Under the pieces are notes generated by a model. The model searched no databases and had not been told where the DNA came from. It saw only the letters and a program-made list of their open reading frames with translations. The translations under genes and the position numbers were made by a program. A stretch of 64,000 bases of DNA, taken from contig CALXUO010000049.1 in assembly GCA_944391695.1 (NCBI GenBank), forward strand, positions 127 through 64,126. Reading direction: 5' to 3'. Origin of the DNA: an uncultured Alphaproteobacteria bacterium. Its GTDB lineage: Bacteria > Pseudomonadota > Alphaproteobacteria > RF32 > CAG-239. Of this stretch, positions 51,070 through 59,670 are shown piece after piece (position 1 is the stretch's first letter; each line of letters begins with the position of its first letter).

Positions 51070-51736
51070 ATGAAAATCGGTCTGATTGTGGCTATGGACA
51101 AAGAATTTGAGCTGATTTGCAAAACTTTGAAAAATATGCTAACCTAAAAAATCGAACATCTAACTTTTGCAGAAGGAAGGCTTGGGCAAAATCAGATAAT
51201 TTTGGTGCAATCAGGTATCGGGAAAGTGTGTTCAGCCGTGGCTACAATGGAAATGATTAAGAATTTTGCACCAGAATATATAATAAGCACCGGAGTTGCC
51301 GGCGGGTTTGCGAAAAAAATTAAAATTGCAGATATTGTGGCCGCAAAACAGATATCTTATCATGACGTGTGGTGCGGAAACGGTAATGAGCTTGGCCAAA
51401 TACAAGGTTTTCCGGCAAAATTTGACGGAGATAAAACCTTGTTGAAGAAACTATCCAATATCAAACTTGGCAACAAAATACATTGCGGACTAATCGTCAG
51501 CGGCGACAGATTTATTGATTGTAAAGACGAACTTAAAAAAATTAAAAAATGTTTTCCGACAGCGTTGGCGGTCGATATGGAATCGGCTTCTATTGCCCAA
51601 GTATGCCATTTGTATAACATACCATTTATGGCGCTTCGTATTATAAGTGATGCTCCAGATAGTTTATCAATATAAAAAATTTTGGCAAACCGCTCCCGCA
51701 GAGTCCCTGGAGATTATAAAAAAATTGCTTAATTAG
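51070..51736 (+). pseudogene. mtnN: 5'-methylthioadenosine/S-adenosylhomocysteine nucleosidase (mtnN/pfs) disrupted by an in-frame TAA and a 3' frameshift
   Basis: The ATG at 51070 gives 'MKIGLIVAMDKEFELICKTLKNMLT', then TAA at 51145-51147. The same frame continues 'KIEHLTFAEGRLGQNQIILVQSGIGKVCSA...MESASIAQVCH...LRIISDAPD'. The expected C-terminus 'VYQYKKFWQTAPAESLEIIKKLLN' is readable only in the +1 frame after about 51655. Confidence 0.75.
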
Positions 51737-52271
51737 TATTGCTCAAGAAAACTTTTAAGGCGGCAAAAACCCGGTTTACCGTGTCGTTTACGCTTTCTTC
51801 TTTGCTTTCAACCACAATATCGGCCTCCGAATAATAGGGGTACTCCTCTTTTATATATGATTCTAATTTGTTTTTGAGCTCAGCATCATCCCCGTTTAGA
51901 AACGGACGACGCTGACGCCCGGCCGTGCGATTATATAATATGTCAACATCTGCTTTGAGCCAAATGGTTATGGCTCTTTCATGCGCAAAATGCCTGGTTT
52001 GCTCGCTGACAAAAGACCCACCGCCAGAGGCTAAAACGCAAGGTGTGCCGCAAAGTAATCTTTTCATAACCCTGGCCTCTCCCGAACGATATTCTTCAAG
52101 GCCAAAACACTTAAATATGTCTATAAGGCTTAGACCTGCCGCCTTTTCGACCTCTTGATCGCCGTCAACAAACGGCAAATCAAGCTTTTGCGCCAGCCTT
52201 TTGCCCACAGAAGTTTTGCCACTGCCCATAAGGCCGACAAGTAAGATTATTTTATCTGTTTGTATGTTCAT
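51729..52271 (-). CDS. aroK: shikimate kinase
   Basis: I trimmed the ORF to the ATG at 52271 (MNIQTDKIILLVGLMGSGKTSVGKRLA). The P-loop is followed by 'FVDGD', and the size is about 180 aa. Confidence 0.8.
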   Translation of the reverse strand: MNIQTDKIILLVGLMGSGKTSVGKRLAQKLDLPFVDGDQEVEKAAGLSLIDIFKCFGLEEYRSGEARVMKRLLCGTPCVLASGGGSFVSEQTRHFAHERAITIWLKADVDILYNRTAGRQRRPFLNGDDAELKNKLESYIKEEYPYYSEADIVVESKEESVNDTVNRVFAALKVFLSNTN

Positions 52272-52359
52272 TTTTAATTTATCTTTCAATTTTGTTGTGC
52301 TAAATATATAAATAACATCTGTTTTTAGCAACATATTTTTTTAAGAAAGGTTTTGAAAA

Positions 52360-52491
52360 ATGCGACGCGAAAAATCAAATTTGATTTACTATGTGGTTGC
52401 CGTTGTGATTGTTGCTGCCTTGGGATTGGTTATGTTTCATGAAATTCCGCTGCATCAAGAACATGTTGAAGAAGTTGTAAAACAGCTATGA
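52360..52491 (+). CDS. possible 43-aa single-TM micro-protein translationally coupled to xerD
   Basis: Not in the ORF track because it is under 60 aa. The product is 'MRREKSNLIYYVVAVVIVAALGLVMFHEIPLHQEHVEEVVKQL'. Its TGA overlaps the xerD ATG as ATGA (52488-52491). Confidence 0.35.
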   Translation: MRREKSNLIYYVVAVVIVAALGLVMFHEIPLHQEHVEEVVKQL

Positions 52492-53387
52492 CGCGCGATT
52501 TTGTTGCCGATTTTTTGAATATGATGGCGGCCGAACGCGGGGCGGCAACAAACACTATTGCGTCATATGATACCGATTTGCAACAATTTGTTGAGTTTTA
52601 TGGCAATGATTTGACCAAAGTTACAGAAACTGATGTGCAAAATTTTGTTCGACATCTTAGTTCTTGTGGATATGCCTCAAAGTCAATTGCCAGGAAAATT
52701 TCGACACTAAAAGATTTTTTTAAGTTTTTACTTACGGAAAAAGAAATTGCTCAGAATCCGATGATTAATATATCGGCCCCAAAACAAGGACGCTCTTTGC
52801 CTAAATTTTTGACCAGAGAGGATGTTAAGCTTTTGATTGAGGCGGCCGAACACAACCCTGATTTGCGGCACAAACGCACTGCCATTATGCTTAGGCTTAT
52901 GTATGCTTGCGGTCTAAGGGTGTCTGAATTGGTTTCTTTGCCGCTTAATTGTATCAATTTTGACCGCAGGCATATTCTGGTTAAAGGTAAAGGTGCCAAA
53001 GAGCGCTTAATTCCTGTTGCCGAGAGCGTAATAAAAAGCGTGATTGAATATTTGCCCATAAGAGAAAAGCTGCTTGGCAGTTCGGAAAAACCTTTTTTGT
53101 TTCCATCGACTTTGGGCAAATGCGGTCATTTGGGACGTGACGGTTTCTTTAAAAATCTAAAAAATCTGGCGGTATTGGCCGGCATAGACCCTCAAAAAGT
53201 ATCCCCTCATGTTTTAAGGCACTCGTTTGCCACTCATTTATTAAACGGAAAGGCCGATTTGCGTTCGGTTCAGATGATGCTGGGGCATGAGGATATCACC
53301 ACAACCGAAATCTATACCCATATCTTATCCCAAGAGTTGCTGGAAGAAGTTAAAACTAAACATCCTTTGGCCAAGTTTAAGATATAA
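52488..53387 (+). CDS. xerD: tyrosine recombinase XerD
   Basis: 299 aa. 'FLNMMAAERGAATNTIASYDTDL', 'ACGLRVSELVSL', 'GKGAKERLIPV', 'SPHVLRHSFATHLL' and 'LGHEDITTTEIYTHI' together give the R..HxxR..Y catalytic set. Confidence 0.85.
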   Translation: MTRDFVADFLNMMAAERGAATNTIASYDTDLQQFVEFYGNDLTKVTETDVQNFVRHLSSCGYASKSIARKISTLKDFFKFLLTEKEIAQNPMINISAPKQGRSLPKFLTREDVKLLIEAAEHNPDLRHKRTAIMLRLMYACGLRVSELVSLPLNCINFDRRHILVKGKGAKERLIPVAESVIKSVIEYLPIREKLLGSSEKPFLFPSTLGKCGHLGRDGFFKNLKNLAVLAGIDPQKVSPHVLRHSFATHLLNGKADLRSVQMMLGHEDITTTEIYTHILSQELLEEVKTKHPLAKFKI

Positions 53388-55340
53388 TTATCCTTTTGGC
53401 TTGCGATAGACACTATGTACTTTTTTGGCGGCCGCCCGCGGTGCGCCGGTAACTCTTTTGACAGCCGCCCCAACTTTGCCGCGAAATGATTTGTCTCGCC
53501 AGGCCTTGTTTTCTTGATCGGCACCACCGATTGCTTTGCCGGCAAGCTGACCCAAACCGGCAACCGGAGCAGATACAATACCAACAATTCCTCCGGCGGC
53601 GTGATATTGATCGGCCAACGCTTTGCCGGTAGGAGCCGAGGCCTTTTTGGCCAGACCTTTGATTGTTGATGCCCCCATGGTACCAATTCTGCCGGCAAGA
53701 CCTCCTTTGAAACCACCCGATGATAGGTTTGAGGCCAAAGGTGATACTTGGGCAACAAATTTAAATCCTAATAAACAAGAGAAAATCAGCAGCATAAATC
53801 CCATGCCTCCGATATCAGACGCCTCTTTCAGCTCGGCAACATTTTGGTTGTTAATGGCTTCTTCTATGCCGCTTAAACCTGCATTTACAGCTGCTCTTAA
53901 TCCGCCCCCGTCTTGAGAGGATTGCTGGTTTTGTGAATAGGCAAGCGATTCATTAACCAGATTGATGCAAACGCTGACAACAAATCCGGTGAAAAATAGG
54001 ACAAAAAACGTATTAAGCAACATTTTGAAACCGGTAGAGGCATATTGCGCCGTGGCTTTTAGCGGCCAGCCGGCTATCATAAATGGCAACATGGCGCCGA
54101 TAACCGCCAGTTGGAGCAGACCGTCCACAAAGTAAAAAGCAAACGAAATTGTCAACAAAAAGCCAAAGACTGCCAAAATACCCCCTAAAAGCATCATTGA
54201 CATTCCGTCTTTCATTTGCGTTTTATCAATTGTTATTATTTCGTGCCCCCCGACACAGAACAGCGTTGTACCGATGGCCTGCATTCGGGCAAGCTGCATT
54301 TGCAACGATGCCAAATATATTTCTATGTGTGTGTATAAAGATGTGCTGCTTTTGCTGCCATCGCTTTTGATTGTGGATGAGACAGGCAAGTTAAAATATT
54401 GATTGGGAGTGTTTATCTCGGTAGGCGTCCAATTTTGAGGCTGAGGCGTAGGCGTGCTTTGAATATAGGTTCCCATTTGCAAGCCGCCCTCTAACAACGG
54501 AATTATGAAATATCTGAAAATATCGTTGGAATATGATAACAGCAGAAAAGCAACCATAACCTTAAAACCTTGTTTTATGATTGCTGACAAAAATTTGGGG
54601 GCATCTTGTTTGGTCATGGGGAAAACCTGTTGCAGAGCAAGAACGGCCAGCCATACGGCAAAAACCACCACCATTACAATCTGAAAACTCTTGGAAAAAG
54701 CACTAAAAGATGTTGTGGTAACATCATTGGCGGCTCCAAAAATCAGCGCGGCCAACGGACAGAAAAAGCAGCTTTGCATATTATATAATTTTACCGGCAA
54801 AACCTCACAGCCTGCAAAACTTTCATTTTCCTTACCGTTGTTACCATATTGAATGGTAGGTTGTTCACCCAGAAATAAAATATATTTTTTTCCATCTGTG
54901 CCTGTCAGTTCACCCCTATTAACGGTTACATTTCCTTTGGTATCCATAGCGGTTGTATCAACGTTATGTTCTACTTTCCAGCAATTGATTCCTGATACGT
55001 TCCTTCTTTCTGTGCCTTTAGGATAACATCTGCCGACAGTTTTTGAGGCGGCTCCCCCAGAATAGCCTGTTCCGGCATCAATTATTTGACCACTTTCTCT
55101 GCACATCCAACATTCCTGCGTTTGTTTATCACAAAACTCATCGCCGCATTTCATAAGTGAGCTACCTTCATAATCTTTTTGAAGTATGCTCTCCCATTCA
55201 CTTAGCCCTTTTTCTCTAGCAAATTCGGCGGCTGACATGGGATTATAAAAGTTTTGGGCGGCGGCAATATTAAGACTGCATGCCCAAAATAGGCCTGTTA
55301 TTAAAAATAGAATTGATATGTTCTTTGCCTGCTTAAACAT
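53388..55340 (-). CDS. virB6: fifth VirB6/TrbL-like membrane protein (orphan paralog with a Cys-rich N-terminal ectodomain)
   Basis: 650 aa with a signal peptide. The N-terminal domain 'MKCGDEFCDKQTQECWMC...SCFFCPL' is colinear with that of the 7902..10253 product. 'FAVWLAVLALQQVFPMT', many TM helices, and 'IGTMGASTIKGLAKKASAPT' follow. Its stop abuts the xerD stop with 0 nt between them. Confidence 0.65.
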   Translation of the reverse strand: MFKQAKNISILFLITGLFWACSLNIAAAQNFYNPMSAAEFAREKGLSEWESILQKDYEGSSLMKCGDEFCDKQTQECWMCRESGQIIDAGTGYSGGAASKTVGRCYPKGTERRNVSGINCWKVEHNVDTTAMDTKGNVTVNRGELTGTDGKKYILFLGEQPTIQYGNNGKENESFAGCEVLPVKLYNMQSCFFCPLAALIFGAANDVTTTSFSAFSKSFQIVMVVVFAVWLAVLALQQVFPMTKQDAPKFLSAIIKQGFKVMVAFLLLSYSNDIFRYFIIPLLEGGLQMGTYIQSTPTPQPQNWTPTEINTPNQYFNLPVSSTIKSDGSKSSTSLYTHIEIYLASLQMQLARMQAIGTTLFCVGGHEIITIDKTQMKDGMSMMLLGGILAVFGFLLTISFAFYFVDGLLQLAVIGAMLPFMIAGWPLKATAQYASTGFKMLLNTFFVLFFTGFVVSVCINLVNESLAYSQNQQSSQDGGGLRAAVNAGLSGIEEAINNQNVAELKEASDIGGMGFMLLIFSCLLGFKFVAQVSPLASNLSSGGFKGGLAGRIGTMGASTIKGLAKKASAPTGKALADQYHAAGGIVGIVSAPVAGLGQLAGKAIGGADQENKAWRDKSFRGKVGAAVKRVTGAPRAAAKKVHSVYRKPKG

Positions 55341-55389
55341 GATGTTGGGCGCCTTACATGTTGGTCTTATGATTAATCAATAAAATTAT

Positions 55390-55503
55390 TGTAACACATA
55401 AATTACTTAAAAAGTGTTACAGTTTTTTGATTTTTTATAAAAAGACGGATTATGACGCATATTTAATCATAAAAATTTAAAAATCATACACAAATTTGTG
55501 TAT
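55390..55503. promoter_or_regulatory. conserved promoter/operator blocks in the divergent region between the orphan virB6 gene and the pilus cluster
   Basis: A perfect 8-bp inverted repeat TGTAACAC-N16-GTGTTACA spans 55390-55421. It lies inside the block of about 50 nt shared with 10471-10521. A perfect 18-bp palindrome ATACACAAATTTGTGTAT lies at 55486-55503. Confidence 0.55.
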
Positions 55504-55568
55504 ATTTTTTCGCGAGTCTTGCCAAGAGTCGCATTTTGATTTATCTAGGGTTTAGAGGGGTTTAATTT

Positions 55569-57260
55569 ATGCATAAAACAGTTATCAAAGCTTTTGTATG
55601 CAGTTTTTCGGTATCTTTGCTTGCCATTTTGACGGCAAACAGAGCTTTTTATCATACTCCTCAAAATGATCAAGAACCCCTTGAAATAAGCAAAAAAAAT
55701 ATTGTTTTATTCTTAAAAAATAGCGGAGCAGCAAAATTTCCGATTAAAAAAATCGCTTTGAATACTTTGCCCGAAATACAAAAGCAAAACAAAGACGTTG
55801 TCAATCCCGAGCCTGAGGTTATTTTGGCTGGAGTTGATGATAATTTGATTTTTCCGCTTGAAGTTGATGATTATGCAAACGAAACCGCCCCGATTCAAGA
55901 TTTGGTCTTAACTGATGTATTATATGCCCCAGATAAGCCTTTGCCTCTGCCAGAAATTGAGGCAGAAGCCGTTTATGAACCCAAAGATGAAATAAAAATC
56001 GCCGAAAGCTCAGGCGATAAAGATATCGGAGAACAGAAAATCGTTTATTCCGCCGCGGCTGATAAAAAGATTACCCCTCCTTTAATCGCCGAGGTCGCAG
56101 CTGAGAGCAGTCAAGAAGAACAAGCCTTGATACTGTCCAGGCAAGAACAGGTCGGAATTATTCCTTTGCAAAAATCTGCAAATCAGGCTCCGAAAAATGT
56201 TACCATCGGCAATCCGGAAAATTTGAACCATATTGCCATGGATAAGCCGGATGTTCCCATCCAAAGTTTGGAAAAAGAAATTGCTCAAACAATTGATAGC
56301 GAAGATGCGGAACAACAATGGCAGAAAATGAGCGACAATCCTTGGGTTATTGCTCAAAGCAAGGGCGCAAAAAACAAGATGCTTAATAAGGATTTGACCG
56401 GTAAACCGACCAAAGAAATAGATGCTACTTTTAACCCCCAACCAGCGCGCGCAGGAATTGAGGTTGCTTCAGAGACGGTTAAAAATCTTATTATCCCAAT
56501 TCCCGGAGATATTATGGATGATGATGATTTGACACCAAAACTGGCCTACCCCCCATCATCTGAAGATGCAATTAAAGAAAAAATTATTGATGCTGAGATA
56601 AAAAGACAGGAAAAATTGTCGGCTCAAGAAGAGACAAACAAAGAACTGCTCACTCCGATAGAAGAAGAGATTGTGCTTGATGTTGAAAAAAATCCTCTTG
56701 AAGAAGATATTGCCACCCAAAAAGACTCAGAGCAGCAGAAAAAAGCTGAGAGCAAAGGCGGGACTATTGTTAAGGCTTTAACATCTATTTTTTCAAAACC
56801 CCAAGATGACAAAGGTAGTACAGACACTTCTGATGCCATAAACAAGGCTAAAGAACGGGCTATTGCCAAAGCCAAAGCCAAACGTGCGGCATTAAAAGAT
56901 TATGAGATGTCAAAACCTGTTTCTATAATGCCTACGGAAATACGCTTATCTTTTCAACCCAACAGGGCAGAAATATCCGGACAGACGTTGCGCTGGGTTC
57001 AAGCTTTTGCTTCAAAAGCCGCCGAAACCCCCGAAACAGCCTTGGAAATAAGAATAGACGGAACAAGCTCGACAGCACTCCAACAAAAAAGATTAAATTT
57101 GCTGCATAACATTTTAACCAACAAAGGTGTCGAATACTCGAAAATAAACATAGTATTTACGGCAAGAGAGCCAAACAGCTTTGTTTTGCGGACCATTAAT
57201 ACAAAAAGAGAGACGGATAAAATAAATGAAACTTACCAGACGCAGTACATACAATGGTAA
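55569..57260 (+). CDS. hypothetical membrane-anchored acidic protein, first gene of the pilus-side operon
   Basis: 563 aa with a GAGGGG RBS and TM helix 'FVCSFSVSLLAILTANRAF'. A long E/K/P-rich region follows. The C-terminal segment of about 100 aa, 'IRLSFQPNRAEISGQTLRWVQAF...LEIRIDGTSS...RLNLLHNILTNKGV', has the spacing of an OmpA-C/MotB-like fold, but I cannot confirm the family. Confidence 0.45.
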   Translation: MHKTVIKAFVCSFSVSLLAILTANRAFYHTPQNDQEPLEISKKNIVLFLKNSGAAKFPIKKIALNTLPEIQKQNKDVVNPEPEVILAGVDDNLIFPLEVDDYANETAPIQDLVLTDVLYAPDKPLPLPEIEAEAVYEPKDEIKIAESSGDKDIGEQKIVYSAAADKKITPPLIAEVAAESSQEEQALILSRQEQVGIIPLQKSANQAPKNVTIGNPENLNHIAMDKPDVPIQSLEKEIAQTIDSEDAEQQWQKMSDNPWVIAQSKGAKNKMLNKDLTGKPTKEIDATFNPQPARAGIEVASETVKNLIIPIPGDIMDDDDLTPKLAYPPSSEDAIKEKIIDAEIKRQEKLSAQEETNKELLTPIEEEIVLDVEKNPLEEDIATQKDSEQQKKAESKGGTIVKALTSIFSKPQDDKGSTDTSDAINKAKERAIAKAKAKRAALKDYEMSKPVSIMPTEIRLSFQPNRAEISGQTLRWVQAFASKAAETPETALEIRIDGTSSTALQQKRLNLLHNILTNKGVEYSKINIVFTAREPNSFVLRTINTKRETDKINETYQTQYIQW

Positions 57261-57314
57261 TAACTGTTTTACGGTGCTTGATTATTTATTTTTCAATAGT
57301 ATGATAGGGAAAAT

Positions 57315-58061
57315 ATGATGAAAAATTCTATTCAAAGGATTGCAAAAATGAACTTAAGAAAAATATACGGAGTATCTTTGCTGTGTTTTCTACTTGTTGG
57401 ATGCGGCAAACATTATACTTTGTGGGGTACGTCGGATGATACAAATGCAACAGGAGCGGAAGAAATTTCTTATGTTCAAGAAACTCAGGTAGTGCCGGTA
57501 ATTGTTCCACCGGAGCAGATGGCTCAGTCTTATGACAATTTTGTTCAATACCGCACAGGCGCGGCGGATTATCGCGAGTTTGGCGAAAGGACACCTCAGG
57601 ATCAATATATAATTACCAACGGTGCCGGGAGCAATATGTCGGCGGCAATTCCACCAACGATAGATGAAGAGGTTACAGATTATGAAATTGCTGTGAGCGA
57701 AGCTTTCAGCGAAGCTGTTGCGGAAAGCGGCAATGGTGAAGGCGCCAGCACTAGCAGCAATAGTAATGAAACCATAGATTCAGAAGATGATGCCGTGGAA
57801 GATTGGTTGGCCGAAGAAGGAAACACCTTAAAAGGGCTTTTGTCTGAGTGGAGCGATAGGGCTGGCTGGAGATTGGTTTGGAACTCGAACCGGAATTATA
57901 CTTTGGGCGCTGGAGCTATGTTCAGAGGAAGATTTGCTGATGTTGCTTCAGCTTTGATACGTAATTTTGCCAGAGCGCAGCCTGCGCCGATGGCCACATT
58001 TTATAAAGGCAACCGAGTATTAGTTGTTGAAACGAGGGAGGATGAGAATGCGTATAACTAA
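57315..58061 (+). CDS. pilL: PilL-like type IVb pilus lipoprotein (TcpQ-like C-terminal domain)
   Basis: Lipoprotein signal 'VSLLCFLLVGC'. The C-terminus 'GNTLKGLLSEWSDRAGWRLVWNSNRNYTLGAGAMFRGRFADVASALIRNF' fits the PilL/TcpQ domain pattern. The gene lies directly upstream of the secretin gene. The start could instead be 57348. Confidence 0.55.
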   Translation: MMKNSIQRIAKMNLRKIYGVSLLCFLLVGCGKHYTLWGTSDDTNATGAEEISYVQETQVVPVIVPPEQMAQSYDNFVQYRTGAADYREFGERTPQDQYIITNGAGSNMSAAIPPTIDEEVTDYEIAVSEAFSEAVAESGNGEGASTSSNSNETIDSEDDAVEDWLAEEGNTLKGLLSEWSDRAGWRLVWNSNRNYTLGAGAMFRGRFADVASALIRNFARAQPAPMATFYKGNRVLVVETREDENAYN

Positions 58062-59646
58062 CTGGAAAAAAATCGGATTTGGCTTTTGCGCTCTTGCTTT
58101 TGCCGCTTCTTGCTCTATTTCAACAACGATGGACGCCTCGTTGGAAAAGGATGTCGACGCAGCGACAAAGCTACGCGAGGATGCAAAAATTCCGACCAAG
58201 GTGGCTAATCAAGATTTGGTAAAAGTTAAAGATGATATTTGGCTTGGAGATACCAGCAAAATAGAATATGAGGGAGAGCCTTTGCCGTCTTATCTGGAAG
58301 CAACCGACGGCATAACCTTGGTATCTAATCGCCCAATATCGCTTTATGAAATCGGCGACATGATTAACCGTACGACTGGATTGGGGGTTCGTTATGCCTC
58401 GGATTTGGAGGCAGATATCAGAGCCAAAGGTGAAAGCAACCGCCCGGGGGTTACGGCTCAAGTCGGCGATTGGGCTTCTCCGGATACGATGATGGTTTCT
58501 TATCAAGGGCCTTTGAGTAGCTTTTTGGATGAGGTATCTTCGCGTTTTGGTGTTTGGTGGAAATATGAAAATAAAGATATTTATTTTTATAAATTCATAA
58601 CTAAAACTTTTGTAATATATTCGCTGCCGACAAAGCCAAGTATGAATGTAAATATCGGTGGAAGCGCATCAGGTGGCGGAGCTTCGTCGGCTATTAGCTT
58701 GACTTCTTCGATTGATGTTGAGATGTGGGCGCAATTTGAGGCAACTATTACATCAATGATAAGCGAGGGAGCAAAGCTTACGGTATCTCCTGCGGACGGC
58801 ACGATTACACTAACGGCTACACCTAATGATATTAAATTGGTGGCTAAATATATTAATGAGCAAAACGTTCGTCTTTCAAGACAGGTTGCCATTTCGGTTA
58901 AGATTATGCAGGTTACCGTGGGGGATAGTGACAAATATGGCTTAGATCTTAAAGCGACGTTTAATGATGGCGTAAGCTCTATCGGTATTACCGGAACACA
59001 AGGTATTTCATCGGAAGATTTATCAAGCTCTTTAACTTGGGGAATTATAAAAAACAACTGGTCAGCCGATGCAATTATGCAGGCTATTTCTGAAAAGAAT
59101 CGCTCTTCATTGATAACCAGCGGCACGATTACCACTTTGAACAACAAACCGGCGCCGATTCAAGTTACTCAGAAGCAGAACTATATTTCTGAGATGACTA
59201 AGACCAATAACGGTACCGATGGTACAAACTACGATATATCGGTTACGACAGAAGAAATTGAGACCGGATTTACGCTTGATGTTTTGCCCCGTATTTTGGA
59301 GCATGGTAGAATGTTGGTAATGTTTAACATGACTTTATCTGATCTGTTGTCTTTGGAAAAAGTTTCTTTTGGTAACGATGATGAGAATCAATATATTCAA
59401 AATCCGATTATTGAATCCAGAGCCTTTACGCAAGAAGTTGCCTTGGCATCTGGGGAATCGTTAATTCTTACTGGTTATGAAAAAGTTTCATCGGAAACAG
59501 ACAAAACTGGTACGGGATCTGCAGATAATTCTTTGCTGGGCGGATCGGCCTCGGCCAGCAAAGATCGTAACATTTTGGTTATTATATTGACACCGGTTGT
59601 CTTGGAAACTCCTTTGTCGCCTGAAACCAGAATGAGTATGAATTAA
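58042..59646 (+). CDS. pilN: PilN-like type IVb pilus secretin lipoprotein
   Basis: ATG at 58042 follows GAGGGAGG. The lipobox is 'ALAFAASC'. The N0-like region reads 'GVWWKYENKDIYFYKFITKTFVIYSLP'. The secretin domain includes 'VAISVKIMQVTVGDSDKYGLDL', 'LNNKPAPIQVTQ', 'TGFTLDVLPRIL', 'GESLILTGYEK' and 'ILVIILTPVVLE'. Confidence 0.8.
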   Translation: MRMRITNWKKIGFGFCALAFAASCSISTTMDASLEKDVDAATKLREDAKIPTKVANQDLVKVKDDIWLGDTSKIEYEGEPLPSYLEATDGITLVSNRPISLYEIGDMINRTTGLGVRYASDLEADIRAKGESNRPGVTAQVGDWASPDTMMVSYQGPLSSFLDEVSSRFGVWWKYENKDIYFYKFITKTFVIYSLPTKPSMNVNIGGSASGGGASSAISLTSSIDVEMWAQFEATITSMISEGAKLTVSPADGTITLTATPNDIKLVAKYINEQNVRLSRQVAISVKIMQVTVGDSDKYGLDLKATFNDGVSSIGITGTQGISSEDLSSSLTWGIIKNNWSADAIMQAISEKNRSSLITSGTITTLNNKPAPIQVTQKQNYISEMTKTNNGTDGTNYDISVTTEEIETGFTLDVLPRILEHGRMLVMFNMTLSDLLSLEKVSFGNDDENQYIQNPIIESRAFTQEVALASGESLILTGYEKVSSETDKTGTGSADNSLLGGSASASKDRNILVIILTPVVLETPLSPETRMSMN

Positions 59647-59670
59647 TAAGTTTTACGGGAGATACCGGAG

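Noticed and set aside
51145-51147. The in-frame stop in mtnN as programmed recoding (selenocysteine, pyrrolysine or an altered genetic code)
   Set aside because: The codon is TAA, not TGA or TAG. TAA is used as an ordinary terminator by many genes in this window, and a second independent lesion (a frameshift) lies in the same gene. A pseudogene is the simpler explanation.
52488-53387. xerD as the integrase of a mobile island carrying the pilus or virB6 genes
   Set aside because: The sequence has the full housekeeping XerD signature and the typical length. It sits in an aroK/apt-type housekeeping context, and I found no flanking att-like repeats or tRNA. This is a chromosome dimer-resolution recombinase, not an island integrase.
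55569-57260. Calling the C-terminal domain of the 563-aa protein OmpA-C/MotB-like peptidoglycan-binding
   Set aside because: Only the strand and helix spacing is suggestive. I could not identify the conserved PG-binding residues by eye, so I left the protein as hypothetical.
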